Assembly (NCBI GenBank): GCA_046727115.1
Contig: JBKPBZ010000028.1
Coordinates: 1-62,248 of the forward strand
DNA length: 62,248 nucleotides
From: Actinomycetota bacterium
Lineage (GTDB): Bacteria; Actinomycetota; Actinomycetes; Actinomycetales; Micrococcaceae
Reading direction: 5' to 3'
Positions 43,593-51,715 of the stretch are shown one piece after another; position 1 is the stretch's first letter; the number at the start of each line of letters is the position of its first letter. The translations under genes and the position numbers were made by a program. The notes beneath the pieces were generated by a model that had not been told where the DNA came from, searched no databases, and saw only the letters and a list, made by a program, of their open reading frames with translations.

Positions 43593-44512
43593 CAGACCGG
43601 GGTATCCGTGTGGATGGGGAAGAACCAGCCGTCCGTGGGTATAGCGCCAGCGACCTGGGCGGCGGCCGGGAAGTCGGGGCGGTGGTAGATGCCGCTGTAG
43701 TGGGCGATCAGCGCCGGGCGGTAGGCGTTGTCGATGACCGGCGCCGTGCCCCGGTGGTACAGGCGCGGGTGCCAGATCAGCACATCACCCTTCGACGGCA
43801 CGAACGACACCACCTCAGCGTTCCGGGTCACGATCTCCGCCTCGACCAGCGGGGTCAACACGGCCTCGGTGTCCCGGGGCCACGCGGGGTCGCTGACGTT
43901 CACGATCCCCGACGCCGCGACCTTCTCGTAGGTCAGGCGATGCCACCGGTGGCTCCCCGGCACGAACTCGAACGTCCCGCTGTCGGGGTGGACGTCGCCC
44001 AGGGCCATCCACACCGCGGCGTACTGGTCGGCGACCATCCCGGGGTTCAGGTAGCCGTCCTGGTGCCAGTTCCGTTGGGTGCTCACCCAGCCGGTGAGGT
44101 TCAGGTGCACCCCCATCTCCTCGCCCGTCAACGCGCCCAGTTCACCGGCCAGTGCTGGCAGGGTGCACAGGGCACGCAACGCCGGATGCCGCATGTATGG
44201 GCAGGCGTCGGGCCAGCCGCCCGGCCGGTCGGCCTCGATGACCTGCAGGTCGGTGGGGTCGCTGCTGGGGTCACGGGTCCAATGGCCGCCGGGGTCGCCG
44301 TCCTGCTGCTGTTCCTCGATCCGGTCGACGGCACGGACCAGACGCTGGAACCCGTGGGCCGCCGACCACTCCTCCTGGTAGGCGGCGATCAGGTCGTCAG
44401 GCAGGACACCGGCCAGGTGCACTACGCCGTCATCGTTCCAATCGGCCGCGCCTGGCCGGGGGGCTGGGATGGACAGGTCGTCCAGGGTCACGCTGCGTAC
44501 GTCAGGGGTCAT
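43592..44512 (-). CDS. PhyH-family 2OG-Fe(II) dioxygenase
   Basis: WHQD, VWMALGD, FVPGSH, GDVLIWHPRLYHRG, R-x-A. Confidence 0.88.
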   Translation of the reverse strand: MTPDVRSVTLDDLSIPAPRPGAADWNDDGVVHLAGVLPDDLIAAYQEEWSAAHGFQRLVRAVDRIEEQQQDGDPGGHWTRDPSSDPTDLQVIEADRPGGWPDACPYMRHPALRALCTLPALAGELGALTGEEMGVHLNLTGWVSTQRNWHQDGYLNPGMVADQYAAVWMALGDVHPDSGTFEFVPGSHRWHRLTYEKVAASGIVNVSDPAWPRDTEAVLTPLVEAEIVTRNAEVVSFVPSKGDVLIWHPRLYHRGTAPVIDNAYRPALIAHYSGIYHRPDFPAAAQVAGAIPTDGWFFPIHTDTPV

Positions 44513-44518
44513 GCCTGG

Positions 44519-44533
44519 ACGTTAGCGCGCTAC
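44519..44533 (-). promoter_or_regulatory. Motif GTTAGCGCGCTAC; leaderless promoter of the modification operon
   Basis: TAACGT-6 nt-ATG (44512). Confidence 0.8.
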
Positions 44534-44619
44534 GCTCCCAGGCCAGCAGGAACCTGATGGGAGCCGGGCGAACCTGGAGGGCCGGCCACGTCGCCTAGTT
44601 GGGCTGAGGGCGGCATCTT

Positions 44620-46317
44620 CTACAGCTCGTCCGCCTGGAATGGTCCCAGTTGCATGGTGGCGGCCTGGCCGGGGGTGTTGATGCCGCAGTGCCCGAACAT
44701 GGTGCCCGGGTTGCCGTAGCCCCGGAACCCCCAGCCGCCGGTGTCGGTCCAGTGCAACGTCCAGTCAGGGTCAGCCCAGTCCGGGGGGTCCATTCCCAGC
44801 GGATAGAACCGGCCCCGCATGTTGACCCCCCGCAGCTCAGTATCGGCGTTGTAGGGGAAGCAGGAGGCGAAGTCGGCCCAGCTGCCGGGGCCGCCGCTGG
44901 TGACGTCGCTGCCGGCCAGGGCGTACTGCAGGTGGTTGGCGTCGACACGGGTGACGGGACCGACGTAGTTGCCGATCGCCCCGGCCATGACGATGTCCAC
45001 GGTCCCAGACCGGTACGCCCGGTCGGCGTCGTCCTGGTCGACCACCAGGGTCACGATGCCACCAGCGCGGGACGAGGCCAGGATGGGGCCACCGGCGGAC
45101 AGACGTAGCCCCGGGATGGTGGCGCCCTGGAGGCCGAGGAGGGTGAGATTGTCGACGTCGAGGGTGCCGGTCCAGACAGCCATGTTCACGATCCACGGGA
45201 TACCGAACAGGATGTTGGACCAGCACATGTACAGCTGGTAGTTGCCGCTCTCGATGTGACCCTTGGGGATGTTGCCGTGCTGGCCGACCATGATGCCGCC
45301 GTCGCCGTTGTGCCAGACGTTGTTGACCTTGAGGTCGGGGGCCGACACCTCGTCCAACAGGTAGCCGTAACGTTCGTTGCCGTCGCTGCCGGCGAGGCGA
45401 TGGAACTGGGCGCGGCGGCCGCCGGGGGCCACGGTCGTGTCGACGCTGTTGATGTTGCGGTTGGCGACCACCGCGGGCTGGGTGAGGATGCGCCGCGTGA
45501 ACCGTGCCCAATCACGTTCATCCCAGCCGATGTAGGCGCGTGCCCGGTCGACGGCGGTACCCAACGCCCACGACACCATCTCATCCACCGGTGACGCCGT
45601 GATGAGGCCAACATGGTTGGTGTCCACCGCCGTGGTCTTGGCGCCGATCAGTTCAGCGAACGCCAGGACGTCGTCCGGGTCAATGAACTCGTCTCCCGTG
45701 GCGTACACCAGGTGGATGCGGTGCCCGTAGGGCCGGATCTTGTCGATGTTGCGCCACGGGTCGCTGTTCGGCAGCCCAGCCAGCCAGGCGGCATGACTGC
45801 CCCAGTTCGTGTCAATGACCCCCTGGAAAATGGGGTTGTCGTTGTAGAACTTCTCGAAGTTGATGATGGGGCCGACCAGGGTCATGGCCCGGATGCGGCC
45901 AGGGTTGGGGAGCCGGTAGGACCAGGCCAGGGCGTTGAGGCTGCCCATCGATATGGCGTGAACCAGTGCCTTGTCCGACCTGACGCCACCGTTGACGGTG
46001 GCCGCGGCCCAGTCCATTGCGTCATCTACGAGGCCGCCATTGTCGACCACAGCGGCGGTCGCCCAGTTCGATTGGCCGCCCAGCTCAGGGACGATGACCG
46101 GGTGGTCGTTCCCGGCGTAGCTGGCCATCAGCGGTTGCCAGTCGTCGTCCTGGATGTTGGCGGGGTCGCCTAGGTAGCCGTGGAAGAACACGACCGGTTC
46201 CTTGCCCTCAGCGCGCTGCAGGCGGCCGATGTAGATGGCGTACTGCTCACCCGTGACGAACGAATTGGGGTCGAACCGGGACCAGGACGTGTAGCCCTGC
46301 GGCGGCACGATGCTCAC
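44620..46317 (-). CDS. Minor tail protein with N-terminal alpha/beta hydrolase domain
   Basis: FFHGY, HAISMG nucleophile elbow, GDEFI, TNHV; last gene of the tail operon. Confidence 0.72.
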   Translation of the reverse strand: MSIVPPQGYTSWSRFDPNSFVTGEQYAIYIGRLQRAEGKEPVVFFHGYLGDPANIQDDDWQPLMASYAGNDHPVIVPELGGQSNWATAAVVDNGGLVDDAMDWAAATVNGGVRSDKALVHAISMGSLNALAWSYRLPNPGRIRAMTLVGPIINFEKFYNDNPIFQGVIDTNWGSHAAWLAGLPNSDPWRNIDKIRPYGHRIHLVYATGDEFIDPDDVLAFAELIGAKTTAVDTNHVGLITASPVDEMVSWALGTAVDRARAYIGWDERDWARFTRRILTQPAVVANRNINSVDTTVAPGGRRAQFHRLAGSDGNERYGYLLDEVSAPDLKVNNVWHNGDGGIMVGQHGNIPKGHIESGNYQLYMCWSNILFGIPWIVNMAVWTGTLDVDNLTLLGLQGATIPGLRLSAGGPILASSRAGGIVTLVVDQDDADRAYRSGTVDIVMAGAIGNYVGPVTRVDANHLQYALAGSDVTSGGPGSWADFASCFPYNADTELRGVNMRGRFYPLGMDPPDWADPDWTLHWTDTGGWGFRGYGNPGTMFGHCGINTPGQAATMQLGPFQADEL

Positions 46318-47126
46318 AGCGTCACGGCCCGGAGAAAGGCGCGCTGCAGGGCGTTGCAGGCGACCTGGCTGGTCAGATTGCCGCTGGAACCGGTGCCGGC
46401 CAGGTTGTAGTTGCCTGGGCTGTGGGCCGGCAGCTCAGCCCACAGGTTGTACGTCTGGTTGGTGGTGGCGGACAGGCTGATGGCGTTGATCGAGTCGAGG
46501 GAACCGAAGGCGCCGTAGCCGAGCGCGACGTTGAAGATGCCCCAGCTGGCCGCGTTCGGGCCACCGGAGGGTTGGACCAGCGGCAGGCGGCCGTGCAGCA
46601 TGATCGGGCGCGCCAGGTCGGGGACGGTGATCTGGGTGCCGGTGAGGGGGGCCAGGGTCAGGCCGCCGCCGCTGCCGGTGACGATGGTGGCGGTCTGGAT
46701 GTACTTGAAGTCGACCTGGATGCCGCCGCCGTGCAGGGTCTGATCGGAGGCGTGGGCCGACAGGGCTGAGGGGGTGATGGTGCCCAAGGGGTCATCCTCC
46801 AGGTAGAACGCGTCAAACGGGCCGCCGGTGATAGGCACCGTGATGAACGACTCGTACACCGTGCAGCTGGCCGCGCGCCGTTCCAGGAACCAGGTGGTCC
46901 CATCCGGCTTGATGTCGCTGTTGGGTTCGAGGTCCAGTTCCCAGTAACCCGAGTTGTTGATGCCGTCGCCGCTGCGTAGCCGGCGTTCACTGACGATCGT
47001 CTCACCGGTCGAGATGACCTTGCCCAACACCGGTCGGCCGCCGGGGCCGGCCAGGCGGATGATGACCTCCAGCGGCCACGGGGTGCCGGGGCCGGGCTGC
47101 CCTAGCTGTTCCTTGACAACGGTCAT
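46314..47126 (-). CDS. Minor tail protein
   Basis: Position in the tail operon; GYWELDLEPNSDIKPDGT. Confidence 0.7.
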   Translation of the reverse strand: MTVVKEQLGQPGPGTPWPLEVIIRLAGPGGRPVLGKVISTGETIVSERRLRSGDGINNSGYWELDLEPNSDIKPDGTTWFLERRAASCTVYESFITVPITGGPFDAFYLEDDPLGTITPSALSAHASDQTLHGGGIQVDFKYIQTATIVTGSGGGLTLAPLTGTQITVPDLARPIMLHGRLPLVQPSGGPNAASWGIFNVALGYGAFGSLDSINAISLSATTNQTYNLWAELPAHSPGNYNLAGTGSSGNLTSQVACNALQRAFLRAVTL

Positions 47127-47134
47127 CGCTGCTC

Positions 47135-47776
47135 CTAGTCGGGCTGCTGGATGCGGGCAAGGTAGCTGACGCCGTCGAGGATGACGATGTTGTCGTCCGG
47201 GCAGCTCAGCGTGCCGGTGGCCTGATCGATCTGCAGGAACTGTGTGCCGCCGAGACTGCCTGAGCATCGCAGGAACAGGTCATTGTCCGGCCAGTACCCC
47301 TCCGGCAGTGTGAACACGTTGTCGCTGCCGCTGCTGGGGGTGACACGTTCCGCCCGCCCCCGCAGCTCCACCCGGTCACCCCGGCGGGTGAACATGGCCG
47401 GCGCGAATCCGTTCTGGCCGAGGGCGACGGTGCCGGCGGCGACCTGCCAGGCGCTGGTGTACTGCGGCTCCCCTTCGTCGCCCACGATGTGCCAGTCATC
47501 CCAGCCGCCGGACCAGAGGCCGAGGACCATGGAGCCGTGGGGTGGGGCGAACAGGACCATGACACGGTCCCCGGGCTGCAGCACGACAGGGGCGATGACA
47601 TCGGCGCCGAATGGGCCGCCGTCGGGGCCGTCGATGACGACCATGGCGGTGGTGTTGGTGGGGGCGACGCTGACCACGACCCCGGGGCGGGTGATCGGCA
47701 CTGCGGCACGGGCGGAGTCGGCCCCGGCCGACGCCGCGGCCCGGATGGCCTCACGCATCACCGGGGTCAGGGCCAT
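47135..47776 (-). CDS. Minor tail protein (OB-fold plus fibre-like C-terminus)
   Basis: GVVVSV...PGDRVMV; RVELRG...FTLPEGYWP. Confidence 0.75.
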   Translation of the reverse strand: MALTPVMREAIRAAASAGADSARAAVPITRPGVVVSVAPTNTTAMVVIDGPDGGPFGADVIAPVVLQPGDRVMVLFAPPHGSMVLGLWSGGWDDWHIVGDEGEPQYTSAWQVAAGTVALGQNGFAPAMFTRRGDRVELRGRAERVTPSSGSDNVFTLPEGYWPDNDLFLRCSGSLGGTQFLQIDQATGTLSCPDDNIVILDGVSYLARIQQPD

Positions 47777-48888
47777 TAGGCCGCCTCCTCCAGCTGCTCA
47801 GCCACGTCGTCGGACCAGATCCGCCGCAGTTCGTGCTTCATGTCGCCGCTGTCGTTCAACGGGATCTCCCACGACTGCTCGCGGTACTTGTCGGTCTTCC
47901 AGCCCACGATGTCGAACGTGTCGTGCAGCGGGTTGATGGCGCTGGCCAGGTTGACCCACCGGTAGGTGGCGTAGTCGGCCTGCCCGTACGCCTTCGCCGC
48001 CTTCGTCGCCGCCGTGTTCGACTCGATGCCCTGCTGGTCGATCGTGACGACCCGGTGGTAGCCGATGTTCTGGAAGCTGTTGGGGGCGGAGGCGGGGACC
48101 ATCCATTCACCCCAGATCGGGCCGGCGGTGAACCCGCTGTTGACGACCACGTAGGTGTTGGGGGCGTCCAGCAGATCATCGCTCTCGACCACGCTGCCGG
48201 CGACCACGTTGGTGCCGGGGCCGTAGTTCAGGGTGGGTTCGACCGACGCCAGGGACGGGACGCTGCGCAGCTGCGCGGTGCCGTTGTTGTCGAAGTACAG
48301 GCTGTAGAACCCGGCCATGCCGGCCAGGTCGTTGATGACCTTCAACCGTGACTCACTCGGCTTCCACACCACCCACTGGGCGATCTGGGCGTCCGTGGGT
48401 TCGATGAAGTAGTCGGTGACCCCCGCCACCTCCAGCTGCTGCACTAGGGCGTCGTAGATGCTGGCGCCGGGGCCGTAGAAGTTGACGCCGCGGCTGCCCT
48501 GGTCGATGGTGACCAGCTGGTCGAGCATCGTGGCGTTCGTCTCATAGGCGTCACCTAGGACGGATTGGTCAACGCTGCCGGACAGGACCAGGCTGCGGGA
48601 CGCGTCAGCGAACAGGAACACCCCCAGCGGGTAGCGGCTGCCGTCCTGCATCACCATCCACGGCTTCACCCGCTCAGTCAGCGTGTTGACCTCGGCCGTC
48701 ACCTTCGGCGGCAGCCGGATGCCGCCCATCTGGCGCTTCGGGTTGCGGTTGATGCTGTTGGTGATCGACGCCCCAGCGTCCATGTCGACGGTGAGGTCAC
48801 CGAGGAAGCTGTTGGTCTTGTCCAGCAGCTCGAACTGGAACGACGCTGCGCGTTGCCCGATGCCGGTGAGGGTGAGGAGGTCGGTCAT
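47776..48888 (-). CDS. Minor tail / baseplate hub-like protein
   Basis: VKPW...YPLGVF, LYFDNNG, PNTYVVV. Confidence 0.75.
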   Translation of the reverse strand: MTDLLTLTGIGQRAASFQFELLDKTNSFLGDLTVDMDAGASITNSINRNPKRQMGGIRLPPKVTAEVNTLTERVKPWMVMQDGSRYPLGVFLFADASRSLVLSGSVDQSVLGDAYETNATMLDQLVTIDQGSRGVNFYGPGASIYDALVQQLEVAGVTDYFIEPTDAQIAQWVVWKPSESRLKVINDLAGMAGFYSLYFDNNGTAQLRSVPSLASVEPTLNYGPGTNVVAGSVVESDDLLDAPNTYVVVNSGFTAGPIWGEWMVPASAPNSFQNIGYHRVVTIDQQGIESNTAATKAAKAYGQADYATYRWVNLASAINPLHDTFDIVGWKTDKYREQSWEIPLNDSGDMKHELRRIWSDDVAEQLEEAA

Positions 48889-49220
48889 GCCGGCACCCAG
48901 CGGCCGTCACGGATGTAGCCGTGGAACCCGCAGTCACACAGGATGCTGGGCGACAGCGTCAACGGCTCCCACTGCTCCACCACCCATCGGGGACGGTCGG
49001 CCGCCAGCTGGCGTTGTACGTCGCCGTCGAACGTGATGCCGCCCCGGCACTGGCCGTCGGGGGCGTCGTCGCGGGGGTGGCTGAGGATCAGGCCCCAGCG
49101 GGCGACGTCAGGCAGCCCGTCGTACTGGGGGTTCAGGTCCCGATCAGGTTCCCAACACGTCCAGGTGCCGGTGACACCGTCACCGAAGTCGAGGGTGGGG
49201 GTCATGTCGTCGTCGGTCAC
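48885..49220 (-). CDS. DUF6527-like protein
   Basis: C-terminal W...PLTLSPSILCDCGFHGYIRDGRW. Confidence 0.7.
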   Translation of the reverse strand: MTDDDMTPTLDFGDGVTGTWTCWEPDRDLNPQYDGLPDVARWGLILSHPRDDAPDGQCRGGITFDGDVQRQLAADRPRWVVEQWEPLTLSPSILCDCGFHGYIRDGRWVPA

Positions 49221-51715
49221 AGCTGCGGCACCCCCTCAACCTGGGCCACGGACGTGTCGTGGACCGCGGGCGACGTCAGGGTGGTGGTGACGTTGACGTC
49301 GGTCAACCACAGCTCAGTGCCCGCTGCGTCGGCGCGCCGGTTCGCCCCCGGACCGACCTTGAGGCTGGCGAACCAGCGGTTTCCCTCACCGTCCCGGACA
49401 CACACGTACGGGATCGGCGCCCACGCCAGGTCCCTGAGGGGGTCGAAGATCGCCATGGACGGCGGCACGACGCTGCAGAAGGCGTCCAGGAGCAGGCCAC
49501 GGGACCAGCTGTCACCGCGGCGTTCCAGCGGCCTGAACGCCACCTGGCCGTCACGGCCGTAGAACCGGCGCAGGGTCACATCCCCGAATTCGAGGAAGTC
49601 CCACTGGCGGGTCACCTCACCCTGCCACACCTCCGGGTACACGCAGCCCATGCCGGTGGCGGCGTTGCTGCTGAACGAGAGGGCGATCTGACCGGTCGGG
49701 ACCGTCACCGATGCGGGGGTCGACCAGTCACCGGTGACGCCGTCGGTGCGGATGACACGCAGCCGGTATTGGCTACGGACCCCGATCCGGGCCTCGTGGT
49801 CGTTCCACACGTCGCTGGTGCGGCCCCACACGGTGGCGACGCGTTCCCAGTCGGGGCTGAGGTCGTCCATGCGGTCAACCTGGTACGCCTGGACGTCGGG
49901 GTTACCTGACGGGGCCGGGGACCAGGTGAGCTGGACGTAGGGCATCGTGTCGTCAGCACAGCCGGCACAGGCCACGTTCGGGTCGCAGACACTGGCATGG
50001 TGGGCGGTGAGGCTGCCGACACTGGTACCGACCCCAGTGACGGGGCCAGGGACCTCGACCAGCTGGGCGAGGATGTCGCTCGACCGGGTACCGCCAACGG
50101 TCAGTTCCGTCAGCGCGGTGCCCGACAGATAGAACTCCCCGTCCGCGTAGTCGGTGCTACCCCCGAACGTCTGGTCAGCGGTGTGGTTGTCGGCCATCAG
50201 CGCAGCGACGTACCAGGGTGCCCCGGACACGGTGGCAGGGGACGAGAACCGCAGCTCATACTGGCCGGCGGTCAGGGTCGATGATTGGGGGAACCGCAGC
50301 CGCGCCGTCTTGTAGACCACGGTGGCGTCGTCCACGTTGTTGACGGGGGCGCTGACGGGCAGCCGGTCGACGTCATCCGCCGTGACCTCCACCGCGTCGA
50401 ACACCTTGACCCCCGTGGCCACCCGGTACAGCTCAGCGCGCAGCGGCGCGGCCGGGCGTCCCTGGGTTGGTTTCCAGCCGGCGACCACGAACGTCTGCCC
50501 GTAGATGGTGCCGCCACCGGCCAGGGTCAGGAACTGGCTAGTCGTGTGGGTGCCGAACAGCACAGACCCACGGGACAGGCTGTAGGGCATCGAGTCGACG
50601 GTGACGGACCCAGCCGCGACCTCGCGTAACGTCGGGATGCCGTCGATCTGGGGACCGGCGGCGGCCATCAGCCCGGCCTTGTTATTGTTCGCGGTGTTGA
50701 TGGCGGCGTTGTAGGGCTGGCTGTGTTGGCGCCACAGGCCGTCCGGGGGCGCGCCCCGCAGATACCGCCAGGGCATCACGGCCCCGGCCACGCTGTCGAC
50801 GCTGTAGTCGGTGATGCGACGGCACATCAACGTCAGGTCTTCGTTGTTGGTGATGGCCGGCGCCCCGGTGGCGTTCGGGGTAGTCATCGTGAACGGCACC
50901 CAGCTGAACGATGTGGTCGGGCTACCTAGGCCGACGCCGCGCCGTCGTTCGGGGATGCTGTACACCCGCATGTACAGCCGGTCGACCTTCCAATAGCCGG
51001 CCCCGGCACGGCACTGGACACGGATGCGCCGGGTGCCACCGGAGGCGAAGTCGCGGACCATCTGGGGTGTCCAGTGCTTCCACGTACTGCCCCCGATCTC
51101 AGTAATGGCCTCACCGAACCGGACACTGCCGCTGGCCCACCCGTTAGTCCAGAACGGGAAGTCCCGGGACCAGATGACGCTGTTGGGGCCGGTGCCATCG
51201 AACCGCTTGATGGCCAGGGTGATGTTGCCCCGGAACCACACCTCGACCGCCAGCACGTGCCGGTCGAGGCCGAAGGCACCGGTGTTGAACTGGGCGTCGA
51301 AGTAGGCGTTGAGTTTGCTGCTGACCGCGTACAGGCCGTCATCGGACGTGTTGAGCCGGTTGGGGTTGAGGGGGGTGGTCAGGTTCTCGTTGAAGATGCC
51401 GCCGCTGGTGTTCCCGGTGACCGCTGTGACGCTGTAGTCGTTGTAGGTCATCGTCCCCCACGCCTCCGACCCCCGGGGAACCAGTTCGAGGAGCATGGGG
51501 CGGGGCAGGCTGTTGTAGATGGCACCTAACGCCGGGGCCTGGGCGCCGCTGCCGGCGTGCAGGTCGTAGCTGTCGACGGTGCCGGTGCGGCCGGCGGTGA
51601 ACTGCAGCTCACCGACGTCACCGGGGGCATCGATGGTGGTCTGGGCGTAGCCGACGTCCAGTAGCTCGATGCCCATCTTCCCAGGGCTGTTGGGGTTCCA
51701 GTTCGGGCGGCCCAT
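49217..51715 (-). CDS. Large minor tail protein (distal tail, FN3-like C-terminal region)
   Basis: Directly after tape measure; LTWSP...YQVDR...WND.EARIG...YRLR. Confidence 0.78.
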   Translation of the reverse strand: MGRPNWNPNSPGKMGIELLDVGYAQTTIDAPGDVGELQFTAGRTGTVDSYDLHAGSGAQAPALGAIYNSLPRPMLLELVPRGSEAWGTMTYNDYSVTAVTGNTSGGIFNENLTTPLNPNRLNTSDDGLYAVSSKLNAYFDAQFNTGAFGLDRHVLAVEVWFRGNITLAIKRFDGTGPNSVIWSRDFPFWTNGWASGSVRFGEAITEIGGSTWKHWTPQMVRDFASGGTRRIRVQCRAGAGYWKVDRLYMRVYSIPERRRGVGLGSPTTSFSWVPFTMTTPNATGAPAITNNEDLTLMCRRITDYSVDSVAGAVMPWRYLRGAPPDGLWRQHSQPYNAAINTANNNKAGLMAAAGPQIDGIPTLREVAAGSVTVDSMPYSLSRGSVLFGTHTTSQFLTLAGGGTIYGQTFVVAGWKPTQGRPAAPLRAELYRVATGVKVFDAVEVTADDVDRLPVSAPVNNVDDATVVYKTARLRFPQSSTLTAGQYELRFSSPATVSGAPWYVAALMADNHTADQTFGGSTDYADGEFYLSGTALTELTVGGTRSSDILAQLVEVPGPVTGVGTSVGSLTAHHASVCDPNVACAGCADDTMPYVQLTWSPAPSGNPDVQAYQVDRMDDLSPDWERVATVWGRTSDVWNDHEARIGVRSQYRLRVIRTDGVTGDWSTPASVTVPTGQIALSFSSNAATGMGCVYPEVWQGEVTRQWDFLEFGDVTLRRFYGRDGQVAFRPLERRGDSWSRGLLLDAFCSVVPPSMAIFDPLRDLAWAPIPYVCVRDGEGNRWFASLKVGPGANRRADAAGTELWLTDVNVTTTLTSPAVHDTSVAQVEGVPQL

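Noticed and set aside
43592-44512. TET/JBP DNA base oxidase
   Set aside because: Motifs fit the PhyH family and no C5-cytosine methyltransferase was recognised; DNA modification is not excluded but not directly supported
9094-44533. Motif family as CRISPR repeats or att sites
   Set aside because: Copies are dispersed, degenerate and only 13-14 bp, with no regular spacers, cas genes or recombinase
44620-47776. Diversity-generating retroelement targeting tail genes
   Set aside because: No reverse transcriptase and no TR/VR repeat pair seen
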